51,436 bases of DNA from a virus (taxonomy: Duplodnaviria > Heunggongvirae > Uroviricota > Caudoviricetes). Under the pieces are notes generated by a model, which ran no database searches, was not told the origin of the DNA, and was given only the letters and a program-made list of their open reading frames with translations. The position numbers and the translations under genes are program-made. The stretch lies in the IMG/VR virus record IMGVR_UViG_3300046542_000361; one strand, given 5' to 3'. Of this stretch, positions 26,852 through 35,916 are shown piece after piece; the first letter of the stretch is position 1; the number at the start of each line of letters is the position of its first letter.

Positions 26852-27685
26852 TTATGCAGCTGCGGTTTCGTCGCCGACGGCAAAAAGACGACCGGAGACG
26901 TCAGCGTAGCCCTTGAAGACCACGTTGAAGATGCGTTCCTGGTCCGTCTGGTAGGCGAACTGGATGGCGCCGGAGGTCATCGCCTTGAAGATAGTGAAGT
27001 CGTCGCGGGCGTCGACATTGCCCTTCGGGCGCAGAACGAGCTTCTTGGCGAGCTTCAGCAGCGAAATGTTGGTGCCGGTTTCGACAACGACCTTCGCCTT
27101 CGTGGCATCGACACCACCGGCCATGTTGACCGCGGTGATGTTGGCCGGCGTGGCAGCCGTCTTGGTGACAGTCAGGTTGCCCGAGACGCCGCGGTTGCTG
27201 GCCGTCAGGGTGACGACGGCAGCGTTTGCGGTCGCCAGCACACCGATAACGGCGTTGTTGACGGCAGCGGCAAGCGCAAGAGCGGCAGCGCCGATCGTGG
27301 CCGGGATTGCCATGTCGCGCGGGCCGGTCGGGACCGTCTTGAAGATGAAGTCGAGGCCGTCGATCGTCACCTTGTCGCCGTTGACCGGAGCGCCGGTCGA
27401 GAAGGTCACGGTGCCGCTGGCATAGGAGCCGTCGGTGACGAGCGTGGAGCCCGGCATGACGCGTGCGAGGTTGTCGAGCGTGGTCTCGGCCATCGGAATC
27501 GTCACCTGGACCGTGCGGCCGGTGATAATTTCGTCGATCGGGGTTTCGCCCATCTGGTCGACCGTAACCTCGTGGGTGTTGGTCTGAACCTCGACTTCCA
27601 CGCCGCCCTTGGTGAAGCCCAGGTCGGCAGAGTCGAAGGTGGCGGTGCAAACACCCAGCTTCACGTTCTCGGTATTCGAAGGCAT
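26852..27685 (-). CDS. Major tail (tube) protein
   Basis: NVKLGVC...DLGFTKGGVEV...DQMGETP; GAGGAG RBS; start MPSNTEN. Confidence 0.88.
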   Translation of the reverse strand: MPSNTENVKLGVCTATFDSADLGFTKGGVEVEVQTNTHEVTVDQMGETPIDEIITGRTVQVTIPMAETTLDNLARVMPGSTLVTDGSYASGTVTFSTGAPVNGDKVTIDGLDFIFKTVPTGPRDMAIPATIGAAALALAAAVNNAVIGVLATANAAVVTLTASNRGVSGNLTVTKTAATPANITAVNMAGGVDATKAKVVVETGTNISLLKLAKKLVLRPKGNVDARDDFTIFKAMTSGAIQFAYQTDQERIFNVVFKGYADVSGRLFAVGDETAAA

Positions 27686-27714
27686 TGTGATTTCTCCTCT
27701 ACGTGGCCGTCGAT

Positions 27715-27734
27715 AAAAGTCAAAATTGATTGAC
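27715..27734. promoter_or_regulatory. 20-bp palindromic motif A
   Basis: AAAAGTCAAAATTGATTGAC. Confidence 0.65.
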
Positions 27735-27762
27735 CATATGATACAGGCAGTAAAGGGCATCG

Positions 27763-27782
27763 GTCAATCAATAATGATTGAC
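27763..27782. promoter_or_regulatory. 20-bp palindromic motif A
   Basis: GTCAATCAATAATGATTGAC. Confidence 0.7.
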
Positions 27783-27820
27783 TAATGCCGCGGCTTTACG
27801 TAGAGCTGTTCGTTTCGTCT

Positions 27821-28228
27821 TCAGACAGGCTTCAGGGTGAACGCCGTCTGGAAATTGATCGACCATTCGGTGAGATCGCCGGCTGCAGCCGGGAACTGGA
27901 TCGGCAAGGCTTTCGGATAGAAAACCTTCAGATGCACCCTGCCCCGCTCGTCGTTGGCCTCGTAGACCTCCTCGGCCGTAACCGTCAGCAGATCCATGAT
28001 CTGATGGGCGAGCTTGCGCCCGAGCGAGATCTTGTTGTGACGAACGATGATCTTCAGGTTCGGCTTATAGAAATACGGCAGGTTCGGATCGACATGGATG
28101 CCGTCGAGCGGTTCGAACAGACCGATCGCGATATTGGCGTCGGCCGGCATGGTCGAGCGGAAGATCGTCGTGCCCTCGTTGCCGAGCGCGGCGTCCTGGA
28201 TCTTCTTGATGATAATGTCCCAGATCAC
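27821..28228 (-). CDS. Tail terminator-like protein
   Basis: Position before the tube gene; size and C-terminal WSINF strand. Confidence 0.65.
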   Translation of the reverse strand: MIWDIIIKKIQDAALGNEGTTIFRSTMPADANIAIGLFEPLDGIHVDPNLPYFYKPNLKIIVRHNKISLGRKLAHQIMDLLTVTAEEVYEANDERGRVHLKVFYPKALPIQFPAAAGDLTEWSINFQTAFTLKPV

Positions 28229-28659
28229 TTCGCGGTCTCCTCTGTGATGACGCCGATCATGCGCGCGCCAAGCTTTTCTTCTTCAGCCTCGGCCGCCCGC
28301 GTGAGGAAGCCCGGCCCGACCGTTTCGCTCTGGCTGTCGTTCTTGATCTGCGATTTGGGGCCGAGCTTGTATCTGCCCTCGTGCATGTATGTCGCGTAGT
28401 CCTCGACGCGCACGCCGTTAACCTCGGGCAGGATCTCAACGTTGATCGCCAGGCGCCGGCGCGTTCCCTCGTAATCGACCTTCTTGACGATCGCCTCTTC
28501 GAGATTGTGCTCGTCGACCGGCGCCATCTTCTTTGCGGTCTCGACAATGCGATCGGCAGCCGCATGCATGGTCTTACGCGCGTTCTCATGGACGCGCGCA
28601 CCGATGTTGCGCAGCCGCAGAACGTTATCCTTGATGCCCGTGACCTTCATGTTGATCAT
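28225..28659 (-). CDS. HK97 gp10-like tail completion protein
   Basis: AKKMAPVDEHNL...YATYMHEG...FLTRA. Confidence 0.8.
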   Translation of the reverse strand: MINMKVTGIKDNVLRLRNIGARVHENARKTMHAAADRIVETAKKMAPVDEHNLEEAIVKKVDYEGTRRRLAINVEILPEVNGVRVEDYATYMHEGRYKLGPKSQIKNDSQSETVGPGFLTRAAEAEEEKLGARMIGVITEETAK

Positions 28660-29003
28660 TCGGAGACGAGCTCCAGGAAGGCCTCGTTGTGATCGAAGTT
28701 GCCAAAGACGGTATAGCGCGGATGCGTGCCCTTGATGCGGAAGACCGAGCCACCGATCGACAGCAGATCGTCAACGCCGAGCGTCTCCCTGGTCAGGATC
28801 TTGCCGCGTTCGGCGACCATTTCGTCAGCCTGGCCGCGCGAGGCCGAGCTGTCGGACCTAACCGAGGTCTTTTGCGACTGGGTGGCGAGATTGACGACCG
28901 ACAGACCGATATCGACCGGGTCGGCATAGATCTCCTCGCCGTCGACGTTGCGACCGGTCTTGCGCATCAGCGGCGCGATCTGATTAGGCGTGAACATCGG
29001 CAC
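28656..29003 (-). CDS. Head-closure (stopper) protein
   Basis: Position and size; GDD/GGSVFRI-type segment. Confidence 0.65.
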   Translation of the reverse strand: MPMFTPNQIAPLMRKTGRNVDGEEIYADPVDIGLSVVNLATQSQKTSVRSDSSASRGQADEMVAERGKILTRETLGVDDLLSIGGSVFRIKGTHPRYTVFGNFDHNEAFLELVSE

Positions 29004-29745
29004 CCTCCATTTTCAGCCAGGCGTTTGCATTCGGATGAAAGACCGTCTCGCGGATCTCGGAATAGGTCGGCAGCTCGGTGCTCGAGGACAGCGCGATCAC
29101 CATGCCGTCGTGCTGAGCGTCCGGCGAGTGGTGCTCGACCTCGGCGCGATCGATACCGTGATCGGCCAGCGTATAGAGGACGATCTCGTTATAGACCGAC
29201 AGCAGCGTCTGGCGATAAACCGAACGGACGAAGAGCTTCGACTCCCACTTGCGCGAGGCCTTGTCGTGAAAGAAGAAGTCGATGTCGGTCTTGTTGCCGA
29301 TCATGTATTCGATCATCGCCGCGCGCTGGGATCGGCCGGACGAGCGAGACGCCAGCGACACTTCCAGACGCACCCGTTGAATCGATCTGCGCATCGTTGC
29401 GACGTCACGCGATGCTTGCGCAAGCAATTCGTCAGCGAGATATGCGCTAGACACGCTCAGATGCTCGAGCGCTTCGTCCGACAGATTTTCTGTGTCGTTG
29501 CTCGCAATTTCGTCAAGCGTCGCTGTGTGCGCAATCTCAGCGATTTCCTGAACTGCAGCCTGGATCGCATTGCCCTCGTTGCGCAGGAACGAAATGGCGA
29601 GCTCGCCGGCTTCCTGGGTCGCGGCGCTGTCATCGAGCACCTGGCTGTTCAGCGCCCGGCGATAGATCGACCGCAGGCCGTCGGTAAACATCGCGTAGCG
29701 AACGCTCGCCTGGCCGGCGAGGTCCGTTAGATGATTGCAGATCAT
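28984..29745 (-). CDS. Head morphogenesis/minor head protein-like
   Basis: Helical; ends FHPNA, resembling the HPNC motif of gp7/gpF-type proteins but without Cys. Confidence 0.45.
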   Translation of the reverse strand: MICNHLTDLAGQASVRYAMFTDGLRSIYRRALNSQVLDDSAATQEAGELAISFLRNEGNAIQAAVQEIAEIAHTATLDEIASNDTENLSDEALEHLSVSSAYLADELLAQASRDVATMRRSIQRVRLEVSLASRSSGRSQRAAMIEYMIGNKTDIDFFFHDKASRKWESKLFVRSVYRQTLLSVYNEIVLYTLADHGIDRAEVEHHSPDAQHDGMVIALSSSTELPTYSEIRETVFHPNANAWLKMEGADVHA

Positions 29746-30578
29746 GCGCGGGCCAGCCTCACATTGTAGTAGACGAAGCCGGTGAGCGCGCGCAGGGTCT
29801 CGGTCGAGACGCCAAGCTCGAGCTTCCCGCCGCGCAACATGATCGAGCTTTCGCCGACGGTCTCGGAAATGACGCCGGCGCGGTGACGCGCTTCGAACGG
29901 ATTGTCGGTCAGAACCTCGTTGGCTTCGACGAGCTGGGCGAGCCGAAGGGCCTTGCGGAAATCAGCCGGCATCGCCAGGAAATCTTCCTTGGTGAAGCGG
30001 CTGCCCCAGTCGCCCGGCCGGATCACCACATCGCAGTCCTCGCGATACAGGCGGGTCGGATCATAGGTGCGGATCGTGGTCGCAACGTCAGCTTCAGCCC
30101 GCGGCTTGGCATAGCGCAGCTGGACGCGCGACAGCCGGGTATAGGCATTGATCAGCGCGGCCGACTTCTTCTCGTCGTCAGCAGCAGCCCAGCCCTTCAG
30201 GCGCGGATTGTCGCGCGCCAGGATCTCAGCTGCCGGCAGTGTCAGAAAGGTGTTGTTGAGGATCTCGAGACGGCTTTCCGCCTCGATGATGTAGGAAAGG
30301 AACCGCGGGAAGACGATCGTTCCATTGCCGATATAGGCGCGCAGCGTGCGCGCGGCAGACAGTTCGCCCTCCCCGAGAACGTTAAGATTGGCCGGCACCG
30401 TGATCGTCACCTTGCCGTCGGCCAGGTCGAACGGGATCTCGCCGAAGTCGGCCAGCTCACGATCGTCACCGTCGCGGACGGAAGCGGAGACGCCCGTCAC
30501 GTTGAGGGGCGCACCGCTGTTATCGGTGAAGAGGACGTCGATCGCGACATCGTAGTTCTCGGGGTAGAGCTTAATCAT
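29742..30578 (-). CDS. Head-tail adaptor with N-terminal Ig-like extension
   Basis: NTFLTL..A...WAAADDEKKSAALINA...ETVGESS. Confidence 0.7.
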   Translation of the reverse strand: MIKLYPENYDVAIDVLFTDNSGAPLNVTGVSASVRDGDDRELADFGEIPFDLADGKVTITVPANLNVLGEGELSAARTLRAYIGNGTIVFPRFLSYIIEAESRLEILNNTFLTLPAAEILARDNPRLKGWAAADDEKKSAALINAYTRLSRVQLRYAKPRAEADVATTIRTYDPTRLYREDCDVVIRPGDWGSRFTKEDFLAMPADFRKALRLAQLVEANEVLTDNPFEARHRAGVISETVGESSIMLRGGKLELGVSTETLRALTGFVYYNVRLARA

Positions 30579-30581
30579 GGA

Positions 30582-31526
30582 TCAGGCTTCCTCACCCTGG
30601 TCTTTGCTTTCATCAGCCTCGCCTTCGGCGCCGTCGGTCTTTTCACCTTCAGCGCCCTCGCCTTCACCAGCAGGCGCTTCCTGCTCTTCGGGCTCTGCAG
30701 GCACTTCCGGCTCCTTGACGTCTTCGGCCGGCGCTTCACCGACGACGACAGGCTCGAGCTTGGCGCCGTAGTGCTCCTCGAGCGCTGCGATCTCCTGGTC
30801 GACGAGGATCTTGCGCTCGTTGTCGCGCAGAGCATTCCAGCCGGTCAGGGACTTGCCGGAGTTGCGCAGCGCGGATTCGAAGAGATCGGCAGCAGTGACG
30901 ACATTGGCGAGAACCGTGTATTCGGCTGTCATACCCTCGACACCCGCGACAGCCGGCGTTTCATCGACGGCGATCGTGGCTTCTTCTTCCTCGGTCGCAA
31001 GCGTCGTTGCCTTGAGCACCGAGCCGCCTGCCTGGTCCATCTTCTGATTGCGCAGCTGCAGGAACTGAGCCTGGGCCTTCAGGATCTTTTCGATGAGCTC
31101 GGGAATACCGCGGCCCTTGACCTTCCACTTGTCGCCGATGTCGCGCAGACCCTTCATGCCGGTGTCGTCAGCGATCTTCTCGAGGTCGACGCGGGTGAAC
31201 AGAGTTTCGACCGGAGCTGTCAGCGAGCGTGCGGCGTCGAGTTTGGCTTCCAGGCTCTTGTCGGCCTCGCTCTGCGTCTGCAGGCTGGTCGTGATGATGG
31301 CGCGAGCGGCCGTTTCGGAAATCAAACGATGCTGAACACCGACGGCAACCGGCTTCTTGGCCGCCTTGCCCTTTTCGTCGCATTGAACGACCTGCACGGA
31401 CGCGGCAATGCGGTCAGCAATGCGCGGAGGAACAGGCTCGGTCGAGACGCCGTCCTTGAAGCTGATGATGTTGAGCTGACCAGTGTAACCCTGCCAGCCC
31501 TTCGAGACGATCTTGAGATAGTGCAT
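30582..31526 (-). CDS. Head-associated protein with acidic low-complexity tail
   Basis: N-terminus similar to that of 33231..33797; Glu/Gly-rich C-terminus. Confidence 0.6.
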   Translation of the reverse strand: MHYLKIVSKGWQGYTGQLNIISFKDGVSTEPVPPRIADRIAASVQVVQCDEKGKAAKKPVAVGVQHRLISETAARAIITTSLQTQSEADKSLEAKLDAARSLTAPVETLFTRVDLEKIADDTGMKGLRDIGDKWKVKGRGIPELIEKILKAQAQFLQLRNQKMDQAGGSVLKATTLATEEEEATIAVDETPAVAGVEGMTAEYTVLANVVTAADLFESALRNSGKSLTGWNALRDNERKILVDQEIAALEEHYGAKLEPVVVGEAPAEDVKEPEVPAEPEEQEAPAGEGEGAEGEKTDGAEGEADESKDQGEEA

Positions 31527-31552
31527 TATCCACCAATCTTGTGTTGATAAGG

Positions 31553-31575
31553 AAAAAGGGCGGGAGAGCCCGCCC
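31553..31575 (-). terminator. Intrinsic terminator
   Basis: GGGCGGG-CTCT-CCCGCCC-TTTTT on the minus strand. Confidence 0.85.
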
Positions 31576-31580
31576 TAATG

Positions 31581-31600
31581 GTAAGTCAATATTGATTTAT
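31581..31600. promoter_or_regulatory. 20-bp palindromic motif A
   Basis: GTAAGTCAATATTGATTTAT. Confidence 0.7.
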
Positions 31601-31602
31601 GA

Positions 31603-33231
31603 TCAAGCCGCAGCCACGATACGAGGCCCGAACTGATCCTTCATCGTCGGGGGCATACGGCCAACGATATACTCGACATAGCCAGGTGTCGGGTGAACAC
31701 CGACGCCATCGTTGACGATCGCCAGCTGGATCTTGGCGTTCGGCTGGAAGATCGTCGCGAAGTTTTCCATGAACGTGACATTATAGGGTGCTGCCTCCGT
31801 GCAGTCATAGATCGTGCGGGTCGACCACACGCCCGGCTGATACTCGATCAGATACGGATAACCGCGCTTCAGCGGCACGCTGGAGACAGCCTGATTCCAG
31901 ATCGTCACACCGTCGCCATTGCCACTCGTGCTGATCAATCGGCCAATTTCGCCGAATGAATTCGATCCACGCCACCTGTTCAAGTTGTCGGGATCGGACC
32001 AGGCGTTGTAGACCTCGACGACGCCGTCATGCCAGTTGCCGGTGTTTGCCCGGATTTCTTCATTGAGCAGACCGAGACCCGTGTTGTTATTGCCGGCGAC
32101 GCCGGGCACCTGCCACGGGTTCGGAACCGTCTGACCAGCCGCGGTGCGGTAGGTGTCGCTCGAGGTAGCGCGACCGGTGATCGTCGCCTGGAAAACGCGA
32201 ACGCCGGGATAGCGAGCCTTGAGGCGCTGGATCAATGCCTTCGGTCGGGAGATCCAGGTGGAAGCGGTGACGTTGGAGTCGTTGAAGCCCATCTGATTGA
32301 GGATCACCGTGAACGGCCACTTCCCGCCATTCATCGCGATGATCTCATCAAGAACGCGCCAGCGCTGGAAGGCGCCGGTCAGCAGCTCGCGACTGGCCGC
32401 AGCACCTGGCCCGGCGATAAAGAAGGCGGGCAGGCTGCCGAACGCCCCGTCATCGGCGTCGAGATAGCGACGATAGATACCCATGTTGCCGCGATCGTCA
32501 GCCGAATGGGCGATTTCCTGGCGCGCTTCACCAATGCTGTCGGGAACCACCAGCACGACCGGACGGCCATCCCAGTCACCCTTGGCGACCATGAAGTCAG
32601 GGCCGAAAGCAAGCTGCTGGCCGCTCGCCTGGGCGCCGACGACGTTATAGAAGACATCGAGCGCCGGCGTGTTGCCGTTTGCTGCGACAAGAGCCTTCAG
32701 AGCAGCGAGCGAGCCGGCGCCACGGAAGGTTTCGCCGCGGTGACGCTGAACACGATAGCCAGCGACAAAGTTGCCACTGCCCGGAACCGACCAGTAGGTG
32801 CGGATACCGAACTTGGCGCGCTTGGGCAGGTCGAACGGCAGCACGCAATTGCCAAAGACGCCGTCGGAGCCCTTGAGGATCGTGACCGAGGTCTGGCCCG
32901 AAAACAGCAGCGGATATTCGGCGCCGTTATAAACGAGATAGGCCTCGTCGATAACAATGTCGTTCGTCGGCAAGAGGTTTTCAGCCGGCGCCGCACCGCC
33001 CTCAGTGCCCATGACGCCGGAGAAGTGGAACTGGAAATCGCGCGTCCTGTAGGACGGGCAACCAAAATAAAGCGTGCTCTCGAAATTCGTCAGTCCGGAC
33101 GGCGCCGTCATCAGGACGCCGGACAGGATGCGATTGCGGGTCGCAAAGAACATGTAGCGGCTAGGATCGACAGGCGCCAGCGCGCCGGACGGCACGCCCA
33201 GCTGGAAGCGCTTGAGCAGAGGATGGGCCAT
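31603..33231 (-). CDS. SGNH/GDSL-like hydrolase, probable head fibre/spike
   Basis: VVPDSIG (block I), GPG, QMGFND (block III), DGVGVHP (block V). Confidence 0.7.
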   Translation of the reverse strand: MAHPLLKRFQLGVPSGALAPVDPSRYMFFATRNRILSGVLMTAPSGLTNFESTLYFGCPSYRTRDFQFHFSGVMGTEGGAAPAENLLPTNDIVIDEAYLVYNGAEYPLLFSGQTSVTILKGSDGVFGNCVLPFDLPKRAKFGIRTYWSVPGSGNFVAGYRVQRHRGETFRGAGSLAALKALVAANGNTPALDVFYNVVGAQASGQQLAFGPDFMVAKGDWDGRPVVLVVPDSIGEARQEIAHSADDRGNMGIYRRYLDADDGAFGSLPAFFIAGPGAAASRELLTGAFQRWRVLDEIIAMNGGKWPFTVILNQMGFNDSNVTASTWISRPKALIQRLKARYPGVRVFQATITGRATSSDTYRTAAGQTVPNPWQVPGVAGNNNTGLGLLNEEIRANTGNWHDGVVEVYNAWSDPDNLNRWRGSNSFGEIGRLISTSGNGDGVTIWNQAVSSVPLKRGYPYLIEYQPGVWSTRTIYDCTEAAPYNVTFMENFATIFQPNAKIQLAIVNDGVGVHPTPGYVEYIVGRMPPTMKDQFGPRIVAAA

Positions 33232-33797
33232 TATTCTGCCGTCCTTCCGGTCAGCTGGAAACTGCCGTCGGGCAGACGGGAGAGCGAGAGCACGGCCAGG
33301 CGCTTTTCGGACCTGAAGTTGCCGTCGATTTCATCGAGCACGACGCCGAGAACGGCCGCGACTTCGATCTGGTCGTCACCGGCCTGGCGCAGATTGCAGT
33401 AGAAGCCATCCTGCAGGGTGGACGGGATGGTGATTTCGGTGCCGAGCGAGAAGTTGAGCAGATAGCCGGCGTCGCCCTGGGAGAGGGTATAGGTGAGCGC
33501 ATCGATCTGCTTGACGTAGAGCGGCTCGAGGTCGAGGCGCAGCTGGTTGGCCGGCGCGTCGATCGAGGGAGCAGCGGCCGCGCGATCAGGCGCCTGGGCA
33601 GCAGCACGGGCAGCCGGGCTTGCAGGACCAATGACGGTCGTGCCGTTGGCCTGGACCAGGACCGATTCATATGCGGCGCCGACCACTTCGGCCTGTGCCT
33701 GAGTGATAACGCCGGAAACACCATCGACAAAGCGAACCTTGCCGAGATTGCCGGTGAATTGCTCCATTCCGAGAGCAGTCAGTCGAACGCGAGCCAT
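33231..33797 (-). CDS. Head fibre anchor/base-like protein
   Basis: GGAGA RBS before MARVRL; C-terminal YTLSQGDAG...TIP..L.DGF...RQAG beta domain; coupled to the SGNH gene. Confidence 0.55.
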   Translation of the reverse strand: MARVRLTALGMEQFTGNLGKVRFVDGVSGVITQAQAEVVGAAYESVLVQANGTTVIGPASPAARAAAQAPDRAAAAPSIDAPANQLRLDLEPLYVKQIDALTYTLSQGDAGYLLNFSLGTEITIPSTLQDGFYCNLRQAGDDQIEVAAVLGVVLDEIDGNFRSEKRLAVLSLSRLPDGSFQLTGRTAE

Positions 33798-33814
33798 CTT
33801 TATCTCCAAATAGC

Positions 33815-33840
33815 AAAAGGGGCAGGAAGAACCTGCCCCT
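33815..33840 (-). terminator. Intrinsic terminator after major capsid gene
   Basis: AGGGGCAGG-TTCTT-CCTGCCCCT-TTT on the minus strand. Confidence 0.85.
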
Positions 33841-33843
33841 ATT

Positions 33844-33863
33844 GTAAGTCAATATTGATTGAC
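33844..33863. promoter_or_regulatory. 20-bp palindromic motif A
   Basis: GTAAGTCAATATTGATTGAC. Confidence 0.7.
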
Positions 33864-33871
33864 TAACCAGA

Positions 33872-34774
33872 TTAAATGTTGAGGATGCCCTTGAGACGTG
33901 CAACCGAGTGGGTGGCCTTGAGGGCAGTGCCCGCATACCACTTGACACGGTAGCGGCTCGCATCCTTGTTCTGGATCGTGCCGATCTCTTCGAACTGGAT
34001 ACCAGCCGAAGGACCACCGAAGATGCCGTGGAAGCCGTCAGCTTCGTTCAGACGCAGAGCGTAGACCGAGCAGGTTTCGTTGGCAGAGCCCATGACTTCA
34101 TCGGCCGTCAGGAAGTCGTTGATGATGACCGGGATACCGTCGTAGGCCGGAACCGGCTTGCCGAAGTTCGGGATCTGGATCATGTCGCCGGTGTTGCCAC
34201 CGAACGAGCGCATGATCGCGCGGATTGCGCGCCAGGTGCCGCGGCGCATCATCAGAACGTCGGCGCCGAGCTTGACGGCATCGAGCAGCTCGTCGAGCAT
34301 TTCGGCCGAAACAGCAGCACCGTTGGTGCCGGCGATCAGCGTCTGGGCAGCTGGGGTCAGCTTCTTGACGCCGTCGAAGGACTTGGTGTTGACGGAGCTG
34401 TCGCCGTTGACGATCGTGCGCTTGAACTTGCGGCCAAGTGCCTTAGCCTTGGCAGCGAGCTGGATCGCGACCTGCGGGTTGAGGCTGGACTGGACCGAAG
34501 CCGTGAACTTGTCGATGTCGACGTCGCCAGCAAGCACCTTGAGCTTGGTCGTGACTTCGTCGAACGTGGCTGCGCCTTCCGGAACGGCCTCGTAGGCATC
34601 GAGGAATTCACCTTCGGAGAGCGTGCCCTCGCGAACGTAGGTGAAAGTCTTGTCGCTCACATGCTGGAACGGCATCAGCGCGAAGAGAGATTCGGTATCG
34701 ATGATCTCTTCGATCACACCGCGAGCCTTGTCCTCCTGGGACAGCTTGTCGGCTTCATCAATCAAAAGCGGCAT
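33872..34774 (-). CDS. Major capsid protein (HK97 fold)
   Basis: 300 aa after the scaffold gene; strong RBS; GDVDIDKF, SFDG, YDGIPV, RVKWY. Confidence 0.9.
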   Translation of the reverse strand: MPLLIDEADKLSQEDKARGVIEEIIDTESLFALMPFQHVSDKTFTYVREGTLSEGEFLDAYEAVPEGAATFDEVTTKLKVLAGDVDIDKFTASVQSSLNPQVAIQLAAKAKALGRKFKRTIVNGDSSVNTKSFDGVKKLTPAAQTLIAGTNGAAVSAEMLDELLDAVKLGADVLMMRRGTWRAIRAIMRSFGGNTGDMIQIPNFGKPVPAYDGIPVIINDFLTADEVMGSANETCSVYALRLNEADGFHGIFGGPSAGIQFEEIGTIQNKDASRYRVKWYAGTALKATHSVARLKGILNI

Positions 34775-34804
34775 TGTAATTCTCCTCTACGTGGCCGTCG
34801 GAAA

Positions 34805-34824
34805 CTAAGTCAAAATTGATTGAC
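34805..34824. promoter_or_regulatory. 20-bp palindromic motif A
   Basis: CTAAGTCAAAATTGATTGAC. Confidence 0.7.
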
Positions 34825-34866
34825 CATAGTCTAACCCGACGTCCACGCATGGAGCAAGAAAAAAAT

Positions 34867-34886
34867 GTAAATCAGTATTGATTTAC
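34867..34886. promoter_or_regulatory. 20-bp palindromic motif A
   Basis: GTAAATCAGTATTGATTTAC. Confidence 0.7.
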
Positions 34887-34910
34887 TATCGCGACTCGCG
34901 CTATACCGGT

Positions 34911-35822
34911 TTATTTGGCTGCGTTCAGGCCGGCCAGAATACGCGCCGCACCGAACAGAGCCTTGTCCTTGTTCTCGACTTTCGGGTCAGCAACCTTCTG
35001 CGAAGTCGAACCGGCGCCGACCTTGGCCTTGTCGCGGTAGAGCGATTCCTTCTCCGGATCGGCATCGATAATGCGCTTGATGGCCTCATCGAAGGAGACC
35101 GGCTTGCCGGCTGCGTCGATCAGCTGCGTGCGCTCCTTGGCACCAACCGGCTTGTCGAAGCCGACGATCTGACCATCGACGACGTCGAAATGGCCGGAAT
35201 AGATCGCACGCGCCTTGGCGCGCGGCAGCACCAGGTCTTCGCCGATGAACTTGCTTTCGGAGAACGAGCGGCCGACGGTCAGGTCGTTGATGGTGCCATT
35301 GGCGCCTTCGAGCGCCTTCTGCAGATCGGCAATCGTGTCCTGCAGGCTCTTCTTGTCCTTGGTATGCTCCTCGGCCATCATTTCCTTGACGCGTTCGAAG
35401 TTGCCCTTGGCTTCTTCAGCGGAAAGTTCTGCCTTGCGCTTTTCATCGAGGAGGGCGCGCACGGCGTCGGGATCAATACCTTCGAAGCGGGCGATCGTGG
35501 CTTCGAGTTCCTTGATCTTGTTCTTCTTCGCCATCACTTCGGCGAGCAGACCATTGTCCTTGGTTTTGTCTTTGTCCTTGTCGTCGCCGGCCTTTTCAGC
35601 GGCGAGACGATCGGCTTCAGCCTTTTCGGCAGCGATCTTGTCAGCTTCTGCTTTTTCAGCGGCAGCCTTTGCAGCGGCGTCATCGTCGGTGCCACCGTTG
35701 CCACCAGTGCCTTCGCCGGCAGGGGCAAATGCGATACGCGGAGCGCCCGGATACATCGGAGCGGCTGCGAATGCGCCAAACGAGGAGGCGCGGGAATACG
35801 TCTTCAGAGCTTCAGTCATCAT
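34911..35822 (-). CDS. Capsid scaffolding protein
   Basis: Charged coiled coil with AAEKAEAD repeats, between portal and capsid genes. Confidence 0.75.
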   Translation of the reverse strand: MMTEALKTYSRASSFGAFAAAPMYPGAPRIAFAPAGEGTGGNGGTDDDAAAKAAAEKAEADKIAAEKAEADRLAAEKAGDDKDKDKTKDNGLLAEVMAKKNKIKELEATIARFEGIDPDAVRALLDEKRKAELSAEEAKGNFERVKEMMAEEHTKDKKSLQDTIADLQKALEGANGTINDLTVGRSFSESKFIGEDLVLPRAKARAIYSGHFDVVDGQIVGFDKPVGAKERTQLIDAAGKPVSFDEAIKRIIDADPEKESLYRDKAKVGAGSTSQKVADPKVENKDKALFGAARILAGLNAAK

Positions 35823-35916
35823 TTTCATCCTTGCCCAGTCTCTCGGGCGTTCGTTATTCACAAGGGTGGCCGGTCACTTGGCCTATCGGTAGTCTGATTG
35901 GTCAGTATCTCGACCG

